Shown here: positions 50,105 through 59,541 of the stretch, in pieces | Position numbering within the stretch: the first letter of the stretch is position 1 | Layout: each line of letters begins with the position of its first letter | Virus record (IMG/VR): IMGVR_UViG_3300035228_001133 | Span: 1-64,000 of that record | Origin: a virus | Reading direction: 5' to 3' (one strand) | Length of the DNA stretch: 64,000 nucleotides | Program-made: the position numbers and the translations under genes | The notes under the pieces: model-generated | Told to the model about the DNA's origin: nothing | Database searches by the model: none | The model's input: the letters and a program-made list of their open reading frames with translations, nothing else

Positions 50105-51280
50105 ATGAGATCCAAAGCATTTTTTGTCAATGGAGGAGCCGGTAGAGTGCTTTGCTCCATTCCTGCATTTGAAAAATATGCAGAAACCCATGATGATTTT
50201 ATCATCGTTGCTGAAGGAGGAACAGACTTTTTTAAAGGTCATGCAACTCTAGATGGCAAAGTCTATGACATGTGGCACAAAAATTTGTTCCATGAACATT
50301 TGAAGCATAGAGACTGTGTTTCACCAGAACCATATAGAATGTGGCATTACTACAATCAAAAATGTAGTTTGGCACAAGCTTTTGATATGGAAATCAACGG
50401 TCTAGATGAACCGAGAGAACTTCCCAAACCAACTCTCAATCTCACTAAGATGGAGGTTATTGCTGGTTACAATATGATTCAAGAAGTTAAAGCAGTAACT
50501 GGTAAAGATAAGGTAGTAGTAATCCAACCTTTTGGTAGAGGAGTTCAGACTGTTGGCGAGTTTATTGCAGACGCTTCTTCAAGAAGTATGTCTCTAGTAA
50601 ACACTGTAGATATTATTAATGATCTCAAAAAAGATTATGGTGTTATTGTCATGGCTGAACTTCAGTTTCCTGTAGAAGAAAATGAAGACAAGTCAAAATA
50701 TAAAATTGCAAGACCTCAGATTGATGACATTAGGGTATGGGCTTCTGTCATAGACGTTGCTGATCATTTTATAGGTGTAGATAGTATCGGTCAACATATT
50801 TGTAAGTCTCTTGACAAAAAAGCAACTGTAGTTATTGGATCTACTTATCCAGTTAATATTTCTTATCCAGAGGATAGTAACTTTGATCTAATTGATATTG
50901 GTTTAGACAGAAGGAAATATTCCCCAATTAGATTGACTATGGATGAAACTATTGATCGTTATAATGATCAATCCATGGAAATGTCTGCGGAACAAGTCAA
51001 ATCTATTTTACGTTCTGCTAGAAAACATTTAGGCAAACCCACTTCGTTTAAAGGAACTTATACGCCTCCACAAAGTACGGATTGTCCTACCTGTCCACCT
51101 GGAACTTCATCAACTCCTGCAGTTGCACCAGGAAGTACTGCAATGTTGCCAGGAAGTAGTACATTGATGCCACAACCTCAGTGGAATCAGCCACCTGCAA
51201 ATATTGCAGAAAAACCCAAAAAACCAAAAGTAGGTTTCAAAAACGAAGTAAAGAATCTACTGAAAACTGATATTAATTGA
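50105..51280 (+). CDS. Probable GT-B (GT9/heptosyltransferase-like) glycosyltransferase
   Basis: N-terminal 'NGGAGRV.C.IPA', C-terminal 'W...I..ADHFIG.DS...H......K...V..GST'; located in the heptose cluster; CTAAATA at 50053-50059. Confidence 0.6.
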   Translation: MRSKAFFVNGGAGRVLCSIPAFEKYAETHDDFIIVAEGGTDFFKGHATLDGKVYDMWHKNLFHEHLKHRDCVSPEPYRMWHYYNQKCSLAQAFDMEINGLDEPRELPKPTLNLTKMEVIAGYNMIQEVKAVTGKDKVVVIQPFGRGVQTVGEFIADASSRSMSLVNTVDIINDLKKDYGVIVMAELQFPVEENEDKSKYKIARPQIDDIRVWASVIDVADHFIGVDSIGQHICKSLDKKATVVIGSTYPVNISYPEDSNFDLIDIGLDRRKYSPIRLTMDETIDRYNDQSMEMSAEQVKSILRSARKHLGKPTSFKGTYTPPQSTDCPTCPPGTSSTPAVAPGSTAMLPGSSTLMPQPQWNQPPANIAEKPKKPKVGFKNEVKNLLKTDIN

Positions 51281-51289
51281 GGTATTTAA

Positions 51290-53086
51290 ATGTCACAATG
51301 GATTGCGGCTATTGCCCGAGGTCATAACTCAGGGCTCTGTCTTCTCAAAGATGGTGAAATTGTATTATCAATAGAAGAAGAACGACTTTCTAGGAACAAG
51401 TATGATGGAGGTCCATATGCGTGTATGACTAGAATTTTGGACTTCACAGATACTCTTGATTATCTCGTTATCGCACATACTCAACCACTGAGTGAGGCTG
51501 GTCAATGTGATTTCAGTGGAGATCCCATTTATGTTGCATTGGCAAGAAAGTTGGGACTAATCGATAGGAAAGCAAATCCACATCAACACCCACAAGTTAT
51601 TGATTTGAGTGCAACTCACCATAAACTTCACGCAGCATGTGCCTTCTATAGGTCTGGATTTAGTCGTGCTGCAGCCGTTGTTGTTGATGGTGCAGGTACT
51701 TTTATTCCCATGAATATTAATGGGGAAAATGAAATGACTTGGGAATTGGAAACTCTATTTAATTGTGAGTATCCATCAGAATTTAAGACAATATATAAAC
51801 ATCAAGGCGGAAGAGGTCCATGGACATCTGTTCGATTTGAGGAGTTTAGTAGTAAAAGGGAAGGTGAGGAAGGAACTCATGAAATGATTCTTGATGATAC
51901 TGCTGGTATTACTAAGGCATATGAAGCTGTAACACAGTATTGTGGGTGGTCTCCTATTGAAGCTGGTAAAACTATGGGTCTATTCCCCTATGGAAACCCC
52001 AATGATGATATTCCCGATGTGTATACCGATTATAATGGTGCCTCTGAGTGGAAGACATCCAATAGAGACCTCATTACACCAACGTATCCTAACGGTGCCC
52101 TAGTCAATCAGGGGCGGTTTAAATACCTTAAGACTGACTATGACTATGAAGGTGATATGACCCTCCTACAGAACCGTAGAGACATGGCATACGCTATTCA
52201 AGTAGAGTCTCAACAGATGGTTCTGGATCTCATTCGCAAAGTTGTAGGTATGACTGGTCAAACTAATGTAGTATTGACTGGTGGATATGCACTAAATTGT
52301 GTTGCTAACTATTGGTATCTTGAACAACTAAAAGATGAAGGTATTAATCTATTTGTAGAACCTGTAAGTAATGATGCTGGTACTGCAATTGGAGCTGCAC
52401 TTCTCCAATACCATAGAGTAACTAAAGATGCACAAGTCCGTGAACCACTAAAAGATCTTTATACTGGATTTGAATACATGTATTCGACTGATCAAATTGT
52501 AGATACTGCAGATAAGTATAACTCCACAAGAGTTTTTGAATCTACAAACAAAGATGTAATTGATTTAATTACCAATAAAAATATTGTTGCTATCTTCCAA
52601 GGTAGATCCGAGGCTGGTCCCAGAGCACTAGGTAACAGGTCCATTCTTTATGATCCTCGTGATCCAGATGGAAAGGATTTTGTCAATAAAGTAAAAAATC
52701 GTGAATACTTCCGACCTTTTGCGGGATCAATCCTTAAAGAACATGTTCATGAGTGGTTTGATCTTCGTGGCATGGACGAAACCCCGTTCATGATGTATGC
52801 TGTTAAATGTCAGGATGGGATTGAAGAAAAAATTCCTGCAATTATTCATGTTGATGGTACTTGTAGGATTCAAACAGTCACTGAAGATCAAAATAAAAAT
52901 TATTATGATTTGATTAAAGAATTTTATGAAGCTACTGGTTGCCCTATTGTCTTCAACACTTCTTTTAATTTGGGGGGCGAGCCTCTCGTTGAAACACTTG
53001 ATGATGCTTGCAGAACCCTTTCTGAATCTGATATTGAATATCTCTACTTACCCGAACATGGGTTGATGATTGAGGCTAAAAATTAA
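51290..53086 (+). CDS. Carbamoyltransferase (NodU/CmcH/TobZ family), full length
   Basis: EEERLSR.K, HH..HA, VDG.G, GK.MGL, GGYALNCVAN, GRSEAGPRALGNRS, KNREYFRPFA, NTSFN. Confidence 0.93.
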   Translation: MSQWIAAIARGHNSGLCLLKDGEIVLSIEEERLSRNKYDGGPYACMTRILDFTDTLDYLVIAHTQPLSEAGQCDFSGDPIYVALARKLGLIDRKANPHQHPQVIDLSATHHKLHAACAFYRSGFSRAAAVVVDGAGTFIPMNINGENEMTWELETLFNCEYPSEFKTIYKHQGGRGPWTSVRFEEFSSKREGEEGTHEMILDDTAGITKAYEAVTQYCGWSPIEAGKTMGLFPYGNPNDDIPDVYTDYNGASEWKTSNRDLITPTYPNGALVNQGRFKYLKTDYDYEGDMTLLQNRRDMAYAIQVESQQMVLDLIRKVVGMTGQTNVVLTGGYALNCVANYWYLEQLKDEGINLFVEPVSNDAGTAIGAALLQYHRVTKDAQVREPLKDLYTGFEYMYSTDQIVDTADKYNSTRVFESTNKDVIDLITNKNIVAIFQGRSEAGPRALGNRSILYDPRDPDGKDFVNKVKNREYFRPFAGSILKEHVHEWFDLRGMDETPFMMYAVKCQDGIEEKIPAIIHVDGTCRIQTVTEDQNKNYYDLIKEFYEATGCPIVFNTSFNLGGEPLVETLDDACRTLSESDIEYLYLPEHGLMIEAKN

Positions 53087-53493
53087 TGAAGACTGTATTT
53101 GTAAATGGCACGTTTGATATTTTACATCCTGGACATATAGAACTATTCCGAGTAGCGAGATCTCTGGGTGATCGTGTCATTGTCGCTACAGATAGTGATG
53201 TGAAGATCAAAAAAGATAAAGGTCAAACTAAACCCATAAATGATCTTTGTTATAGAATATCAATGCTTGAATCAATCAAGTATATTGATGCTGTCCACTA
53301 TTTCAACGATCGAAAGGGATTGGAAGATCTTATCCGAGTTTATAAACCAGATATTCTCCTCTTAGGAAATGACTGGGAAAATGGTGATGTTGTTGGAAAA
53401 GATATTGTCAAAGACGTTAGATTCTTGCCAAGAGTTGGAGATTATTCTTCAAGCTCAATTATTAAAAAAATTCTAATTAATAACTTGGACTGA
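53086..53493 (+). CDS. hldC: Heptose-1-phosphate adenylyltransferase-like (RfaE domain II)
   Basis: NGTFDILHPGH (HxGH), 'SD..IK..KG..KPIN', C-terminal YSSS.II. Confidence 0.8.
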   Translation: MKTVFVNGTFDILHPGHIELFRVARSLGDRVIVATDSDVKIKKDKGQTKPINDLCYRISMLESIKYIDAVHYFNDRKGLEDLIRVYKPDILLLGNDWENGDVVGKDIVKDVRFLPRVGDYSSSSIIKKILINNLD

Positions 53494-54269
53494 TGGAATG
53501 TAATATATTAGTTATTGGGGACTCATGTGATGATGAATACATCTATGGAGATTGTTCTAGGTTAAACCCAGAAGGACCTATTCCTGTTCTAGACAAGACA
53601 TGTACAGAAATAACACCTGGAATGGCATCAAATGTCAATGCTAATTTAAAATCTTTTGGTATCAGAACAAATCTGATTACCCAGAAAGAAAAAATTAAAA
53701 AAACACGATTTGTTGATAAGAAAAGTAATTATCAATTACTCAGAGTTGATACTACTCCTGAGGTAACTCCACTAAGTGCTTCTCAAATAAAAATGGCATT
53801 TATGCATAGTCAATATGATGCACTAGTAATATCAGACTATAATAAAGGTTTTCTTACGGATGAATCATTACGTATTATCTGCACATATTTTAAAGGACCA
53901 ATTTTTATTGACACAAAGAAAACTAGATTATTTCAACAATCTAATGTTTTCTTCAAGATAAACAAAAAAGAATATGATTTACTTGATCGTGAATTTATGC
54001 CTCATGATACTAATTTAATTGTAACTTTAGGATCAAATGGATGTAAGTGGAGTGGTATTCATTTCCTACCAAGAAAAGTTAATGTATTTGATGTATGTGG
54101 TGCTGGTGATACCTTTCTTTCTGCCTTAGTGGTTGAGTTTATTCGCACAAAAAATATGCAGAAGTCTATTGATTTTGCAAATAAAGCAGCTTCTATTTCC
54201 GTAGAAAACTCGGGAACATATAAACTAACTAAAAATGACATTGTAAGAATTTATAATGAACGAGTTTAA
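53493..54269 (+). CDS. hldA: Heptose-7-phosphate kinase-like (RfaE domain I, PfkB family)
   Basis: 'VIGD...DEY.YG...RLNPE.P.PV', 'ISDYNKG', 'DVCGAGDTF'. Confidence 0.85.
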   Translation: MECNILVIGDSCDDEYIYGDCSRLNPEGPIPVLDKTCTEITPGMASNVNANLKSFGIRTNLITQKEKIKKTRFVDKKSNYQLLRVDTTPEVTPLSASQIKMAFMHSQYDALVISDYNKGFLTDESLRIICTYFKGPIFIDTKKTRLFQQSNVFFKINKKEYDLLDREFMPHDTNLIVTLGSNGCKWSGIHFLPRKVNVFDVCGAGDTFLSALVVEFIRTKNMQKSIDFANKAASISVENSGTYKLTKNDIVRIYNERV

Positions 54270-54801
54270 GAAACCCAATCCAGTATTTTGGATGCCTTTT
54301 TTCATAGAAGAAATTGATATTAGTAAATTAGAATTCAAAGAAGAACCAGAATATACTCCAACTTTTATTTCTCGTACTCCAACTACAATGGGGGAAGATG
54401 AACTTACTCAAGAGTCATACAATTATCTTGGCAGGATTCTTTGGGAGTGTATAGGTCAATATACGGAGAAACCATTTTATATTGGTTCTGTTTGGCGTAA
54501 CAAGTATGTGAAAACAGACTGGCAAGATCCACATATTCATTCTGGAGCTCAATGGAGTTTTGTGATTTATGTGGATGTTGAGGAATCTAAGACTGTTTTT
54601 CTTTCCCCAAGTAGACACAATCAAATGAATCAATGGGGACATCTAGGTCATGCGTTTCCTTTAGACTTTTCTCCAAAAATTTCTCCTGGAAATATTATAA
54701 TTTTCCCATCATTCATTGAACACTTTGTTCCCCCTGGGAATGAAGGCATAACTATATCAGGTAACATTTATTATGATCAGCCTCCTGGAGGACCAGTATG
54801 A
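54256..54801 (+). CDS. 2OG-Fe(II) oxygenase-like protein
   Basis: W.N.Y....Q.PHIH, 'G.IIIFPSFIEH.V', 'TISGN'. Confidence 0.8.
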   Translation: MNEFKKPNPVFWMPFFIEEIDISKLEFKEEPEYTPTFISRTPTTMGEDELTQESYNYLGRILWECIGQYTEKPFYIGSVWRNKYVKTDWQDPHIHSGAQWSFVIYVDVEESKTVFLSPSRHNQMNQWGHLGHAFPLDFSPKISPGNIIIFPSFIEHFVPPGNEGITISGNIYYDQPPGGPV

Positions 54802-55916
54802 AGCAAGTTGGATTTCACTTATCCCATAACTCCTCAGTATCAGTTCTTTCTGAAGATGGGGACATTGAACTTTTCCTGGAAGAAGAAAGATTGTCTAGAT
54901 TAAAATATGATAACGATCCATTTCATGCATGTAACATGGTTCTTGGTGGACTTACCATGGATGAGATTGAAAAATATGAAGTAGCAACATCTGCATTAAT
55001 ATCTAAAGACAAGCTGGGAGTAAGTACATTAGATCGTAGTAGTGATATGTTAATGATGTATGTTTCTAAATCATTAAAACTTCTACCACATGAACAAAAC
55101 TCTTTTAAGTATGAAATAGTCAAAGAAAAATTTGAAAAGTTTTTTGATCATCACTTATTTCATGCTTATTGTGGATTCTATAATTCTGGATTTGATGATG
55201 CAGTTGTAGTTGTGGTTGATGGTATGGGAAACTTCATTTCTCCTGCAGAAGATAGGCATGAGGTTGTTTCCATATTCGATGCATCTTATCCATGTAATAT
55301 GAATTTTTTAGGAGGGATGTCTACACCCTCTTATGATAGTTGTGATGAATCTGAACATAAAGGTGAGTGGACATGTGGAATTGGTATGATATACTCCGCA
55401 GTATCCTCATATATGGGTTTTGGTGGACTTGGGGCTGGAAAAGTAATGGGTCTTGCTTCATACGGTAAAGAAGATCCCAATATTAGATCTTTCCTTTCTG
55501 ATGGATTTAATGTAGATTCAAATCTTTTTTATAGGTCTAAGTATGGATGTAATTTTATTCCATATGATTACTTACCTCATCATAGAGAAGCTGAAAATAC
55601 TAAGAATCACTTTGAAAAATTATCTAACCTTGCTTGGAGACTTCAAGAAGATTTTCAGACTCATATGTTAAAAATTTTATTGGACGCTCTTGCAATATCG
55701 AAACGTAAAAATATTATTTTAACTGGTGGATGTGCATTAAACTGTTCTGCAAATTATTGGTATTTGGATAAGTTGCCAAAAGATGTTAAACTATATGTGG
55801 AACCTATTAGTAGTGATGCTGGAATTAGTATTGGACTATCTAAGGTTCAACATTATTCCCAAACTGGTTCCATGAAAAAATATCCACTTAAAAACTTATA
55901 CTTGGGCCCCGAATGA
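54798..55916 (+). CDS. Carbamoyltransferase, N-terminal (Kae1-like) domain only
   Basis: EEERLSRLK, HHLFHA, VDGMG, GKVMGLASYG, GGCALNCSAN; ends at LYLGPE with no C-terminal domain. Confidence 0.85.
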   Translation: MKQVGFHLSHNSSVSVLSEDGDIELFLEEERLSRLKYDNDPFHACNMVLGGLTMDEIEKYEVATSALISKDKLGVSTLDRSSDMLMMYVSKSLKLLPHEQNSFKYEIVKEKFEKFFDHHLFHAYCGFYNSGFDDAVVVVVDGMGNFISPAEDRHEVVSIFDASYPCNMNFLGGMSTPSYDSCDESEHKGEWTCGIGMIYSAVSSYMGFGGLGAGKVMGLASYGKEDPNIRSFLSDGFNVDSNLFYRSKYGCNFIPYDYLPHHREAENTKNHFEKLSNLAWRLQEDFQTHMLKILLDALAISKRKNIILTGGCALNCSANYWYLDKLPKDVKLYVEPISSDAGISIGLSKVQHYSQTGSMKKYPLKNLYLGPE

Positions 55917-56239
55917 GATATAATGTAGATATAGATGGCACTATTTGTATTCCTGGAAAAGGAGAAGGCAGATATATTGAAGCTGTGCCTATTACAGAAA
56001 GGATCTCTAAAATAAATGATCTATATATTAAAGGACATCAAATAATCTACCATACCGCTAGAGGTATGGGTACATTTAATAATGATCGAGAACAAGCTAA
56101 GGAAAAGTATTACGACTTCACTCACAAACAACTGTTGGAATGGGGATGTATGTTTCACGATCTTTTCTTAGGAAAACCTTCAGCTGACTATTACATTGAC
56201 GACAAAGGAGTAAGTGCCCATGAATTCTTCGATACCTAG
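55913..56239 (+). CDS. HAD-family phosphatase (capsule-biosynthesis type)
   Basis: DIDGTI, TARG, 'GKP.ADYYIDDK'. Confidence 0.85.
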   Translation: MRYNVDIDGTICIPGKGEGRYIEAVPITERISKINDLYIKGHQIIYHTARGMGTFNNDREQAKEKYYDFTHKQLLEWGCMFHDLFLGKPSADYYIDDKGVSAHEFFDT

Positions 56240-56594
56240 AGCAGCAGAACCAATTAAGTTCGTGTCCAAAGGATGGGGATATGAAAAATGGATAGTTAAC
56301 TCAGAACAATATTGTGGAAAACTCCTCTTCATTGCAAAGGGGAAACAATGTTCTTGGCATTTTCATAAAAAGAAAGACGAAGTTTTTTACGTTCAAAGTG
56401 GAAAAATTAAAATCTACTATGGGTGGGATGACAATATTGAAGTCGCTAATGTATCTGTACTAGAAACTGGAGATAAGTTTCATGTTCCTATTGGAATGAA
56501 ACATAGAATGTATGGTCTTTCTGATACTGAATTATTTGAATTTAGCACAGAACATTTTGATGAAGATAGTAATAGAATTAAACCTGGAGATTGA
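56214..56594 (+). CDS. Cupin (sugar isomerase/epimerase-like)
   Basis: 'KGWGYE.W', 'S.HFH..KDE.FYV.SG', 'G..HR'. Confidence 0.8.
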   Translation: MPMNSSIPRAAEPIKFVSKGWGYEKWIVNSEQYCGKLLFIAKGKQCSWHFHKKKDEVFYVQSGKIKIYYGWDDNIEVANVSVLETGDKFHVPIGMKHRMYGLSDTELFEFSTEHFDEDSNRIKPGD

Positions 56595-57199
56595 TGAAAG
56601 CTGAAAAAATAACAGATCTAATTGTAGTTTTAAAAAATCATATCCCAGACGAAACCTGTGATGAAATATTGGAATGGTTTAAATCGAACAAACATCTCCA
56701 ATCCGATGGAGTAGTTTATAATACTACTGAAGGAAAAGTCCCTGGACCTACTGTTAATAAAGATTTTAAAAATGCCATTCAAACTCTTGTTCCCCCAGAA
56801 GCATCAATATCCGATAAAATGACAGATATTACTATATCTGCACTTAGGGAAGCGAGTTCTAGATATCCAATCCCACCAGATAGCATAACACTGAATGATT
56901 ATTGTGTTAGAGTTTATCCAAAGGATGAGGGTATATTTAAGTTACATGTTGATCAACATGCATTTGGTACAGTAAATAGGTTATTTGCTTGCATCATGTA
57001 TCTCAATGATGTTGAGGAGGGCGGAGAAACAGAATTTCCAGATTGGAATGTATCAGTAAGACCAGAGAAGGGAAAAGTACTACTATTTCCATGCAATTAT
57101 TTGTTTAGACATAAGGGAAATGTTCCCATTTCGGAAGAAAAATATATCGCTACAAATTTTATTAACTTTATGATACAAGATATTCCTCCAGTGTCTTGA
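56591..57199 (+). CDS. Prolyl-4-hydroxylase-like 2OG-Fe(II) oxygenase
   Basis: HVD, 'YLNDVEEGGETEF', 'LFP....HKG......KY'. Confidence 0.88.
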   Translation: MMKAEKITDLIVVLKNHIPDETCDEILEWFKSNKHLQSDGVVYNTTEGKVPGPTVNKDFKNAIQTLVPPEASISDKMTDITISALREASSRYPIPPDSITLNDYCVRVYPKDEGIFKLHVDQHAFGTVNRLFACIMYLNDVEEGGETEFPDWNVSVRPEKGKVLLFPCNYLFRHKGNVPISEEKYIATNFINFMIQDIPPVS

Positions 57200-57971
57200 G
57201 TCTATAGTTTAACCATTCCATATCTGCACAGGTATAATCTTGATACTTACCTTTTAGGTGATCGGGGAAAGGAATCATTTCGATTTCTCCCCCTTCTTTT
57301 TTAGCAACTAATTCTGCAACTCTCTGGAATGACATTGGTTTGCCAGTTCCAATATCATAGATTCCACTGGGAGCGTCATTATTCAGGACAATATTGACTA
57401 CATCATTTACACATACAAAGTCCCGATAAAACTTATCCGATCCTTCAAACAATTTAAGTTTTCCCGTCTCTCTGATCTGTTTGGTAAATTTAGATACGGG
57501 ACTAGCTTGATCTCCTTTATGATCCTCTCCCGTTCCATATACATTGAAATATCTAAATCCTTGAATGCTCTCAAACCGATCTAGATTGTCCAATACATAA
57601 TAATCTATGATCAATTTGGAAATTGCATACTGATTCAAAGGATTTATCTTTCTACATTCTTTAGTTTGATTCCCATACACAGATGCAGAAGATGCGTACT
57701 TTACAGGAATTTTGTGTTCAATTGCGTGTGAAAGCAAATGAGCAGTAAAAGATTGATTGTAATGTGCAATCTTTACCCAGTTTTTTTCTGTTGTAGATGA
57801 GATTGCTCCATTATGAATTATTAGATCTACATTTTCCCATCCGTTAAATTTAGACAGAAATTTCCATGCGTTATCTATATCAATTCCAATAACATCATGT
57901 TCTCCTTCAGTTTCAAAATAGTTCTGAAAATGGGATCCAATAAACCCCTTATATCCAGTAATTAAAATCAT
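57168..57971 (-). CDS. hldD: ADP-L-glycero-D-manno-heptose 6-epimerase-like (extended SDR)
   Basis: ITGYKGFIG, H.GAISSTTE, YASSASVYG, Y..SK, RYFNVYG..E.HKG..AS, 'LKGKYQ.YT.AD'. Confidence 0.9.
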   Translation of the reverse strand: MILITGYKGFIGSHFQNYFETEGEHDVIGIDIDNAWKFLSKFNGWENVDLIIHNGAISSTTEKNWVKIAHYNQSFTAHLLSHAIEHKIPVKYASSASVYGNQTKECRKINPLNQYAISKLIIDYYVLDNLDRFESIQGFRYFNVYGTGEDHKGDQASPVSKFTKQIRETGKLKLFEGSDKFYRDFVCVNDVVNIVLNNDAPSGIYDIGTGKPMSFQRVAELVAKKEGGEIEMIPFPDHLKGKYQDYTCADMEWLNYRLKTLEEYLVS

Positions 57972-58684
57972 CAGTATAATATCGTTGGAATAGGTAGAAA
58001 TAATGATTGAGCGAGTCTATACTTACCAACCGTTTGATCAAAATGACCTGGATGTTGATATACACCATGAAGAAAATTGTCTGGATATACAATTAATCTA
58101 TTGTATTTCATTTCTGCTAAGTGAACAAGTTCCCAAGGACCAACACTATCTCTTACGATGTCCTCTTTCCAGATCCCAGATTGGTCTATATCAACACAAC
58201 TCATTCCCTTATAAGTATAAAATCCAGTGCCACCATGACATTCTTCTGGCGTGTTTAAATAAATTACACCTGCCCAACCTTTAATTAAATTTTTACTATC
58301 TATAGGAGAATCTATGTGTGGAATTGTATTCTGAGCTTCTGCAGTTACATTTACCGAGAATGTAAGTTGTTTGCATCCACAGATAAATCGTTCTTCTTCA
58401 TCTTTTGACAATCCATAAACTGATTTGGCTATGTCAATCCAGATTGGAACTAAATGATCAAGATCAAAATTTGCGCTAACTCTACCACCTGGCACTCCTC
58501 CACAAATTCTTCGATTTAAAGTTGCAGGAATTCTTAGAGCCAAATCTCGAACCATATCGGGATTTTTATAGAAATTATCAATGTATACGATTGGCTTTTC
58601 TTCCCATCCCATTAACTCTACTCTTGCATCCAATTCATCATTGACTGCAAACGTTTCGATTTCATCTATTAAGTACTTTTCCAT
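57971..58684 (-). CDS. DUF6445-like 2OG-Fe(II) oxygenase-fold protein (paralog of 49410)
   Basis: 'IDNFYKNPD.VR', PHID, 'WAGVIYLN..EEC.GGT.FY', 'MKYNRL..Y....HG'. Confidence 0.75.
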   Translation of the reverse strand: MEKYLIDEIETFAVNDELDARVELMGWEEKPIVYIDNFYKNPDMVRDLALRIPATLNRRICGGVPGGRVSANFDLDHLVPIWIDIAKSVYGLSKDEEERFICGCKQLTFSVNVTAEAQNTIPHIDSPIDSKNLIKGWAGVIYLNTPEECHGGTGFYTYKGMSCVDIDQSGIWKEDIVRDSVGPWELVHLAEMKYNRLIVYPDNFLHGVYQHPGHFDQTVGKYRLAQSLFLPIPTILY

Positions 58685-58688
58685 GAGA

Positions 58689-58696
58689 TATAAATA
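58689..58696 (+). promoter_or_regulatory. T4-type late promoter for the neck genes
   Basis: TATAAATA. Confidence 0.8.
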
Positions 58697-58722
58697 TGTT
58701 GAGAACCCTATGATTATTAGGA

Positions 58723-59541
58723 ATGGCTAAGCCCTCCAGTAGAGAAGAATTGAAGCAATATTGCCTCAGGAAACTCGGAAAGCCAGTATTGGAAGTCAAT
58801 GTCGATGATGATCAAATCGAAGACTTGATTGACGATGCAGTCCAATTATACCACGAAAGACATGGGGAGGGAATAGATAGAGTGTTCCTAAAGCATAAAC
58901 TGACCAAAGAAGAAAGAACTGCTATGGTTGGAGTTGCTCAAACAACAACTGTTACTGATACTTTTGGCGGGATTTCTTCTGCAGATTATACAGAACAAGC
59001 TAACTACCTCCCATTACCAGACACTATTATTGGAGTTAATAAGATATTTAAAATGGACTCATCCACCTTATCGGCGGGGATGTTCAATATAAAATATCAA
59101 CTCTTCCTTAATGATTTATACTACTACGGCGCAATAGATTTATTGAATTATAGTCAAACAAAATCATACTTGGAGACTATAGACTATCTACTTAATCCAG
59201 ATGTTCAAATAAGATTTAACAAAAAGAACGGTAGATTGTATATGGATATAAATCTAAAAGAACTCACGGAAGATCATTTTCTAATATTAGATTGTTATAG
59301 AGTTGTAGATCCAGAAAGTGAAACTGCTGTATATAATGATTTATGGATTAAAAGATATACAACATCCCTAATTAAAAGACAATGGGGACAAAACCTTATT
59401 AAGTTTCAAGGAGTTAAACTTCCTGGCGGACTTGAGATGAACGGTAGACAACTGTTTGATGACGCTCAACGAGAGTTGGAAGATCATGAACAAAAGTTGA
59501 TGACCGAATATGCCATGCCACCTTTAGACATTATAGGATAA
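58723..59541 (+). CDS. gp13: Neck protein gp13
   Basis: 'L..YCLRKLG.PV.E.NVDDDQ.ED', 'KRQWGQNLIKF.GV.LPGG'. Confidence 0.95.
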   Translation: MAKPSSREELKQYCLRKLGKPVLEVNVDDDQIEDLIDDAVQLYHERHGEGIDRVFLKHKLTKEERTAMVGVAQTTTVTDTFGGISSADYTEQANYLPLPDTIIGVNKIFKMDSSTLSAGMFNIKYQLFLNDLYYYGAIDLLNYSQTKSYLETIDYLLNPDVQIRFNKKNGRLYMDINLKELTEDHFLILDCYRVVDPESETAVYNDLWIKRYTTSLIKRQWGQNLIKFQGVKLPGGLEMNGRQLFDDAQRELEDHEQKLMTEYAMPPLDIIG

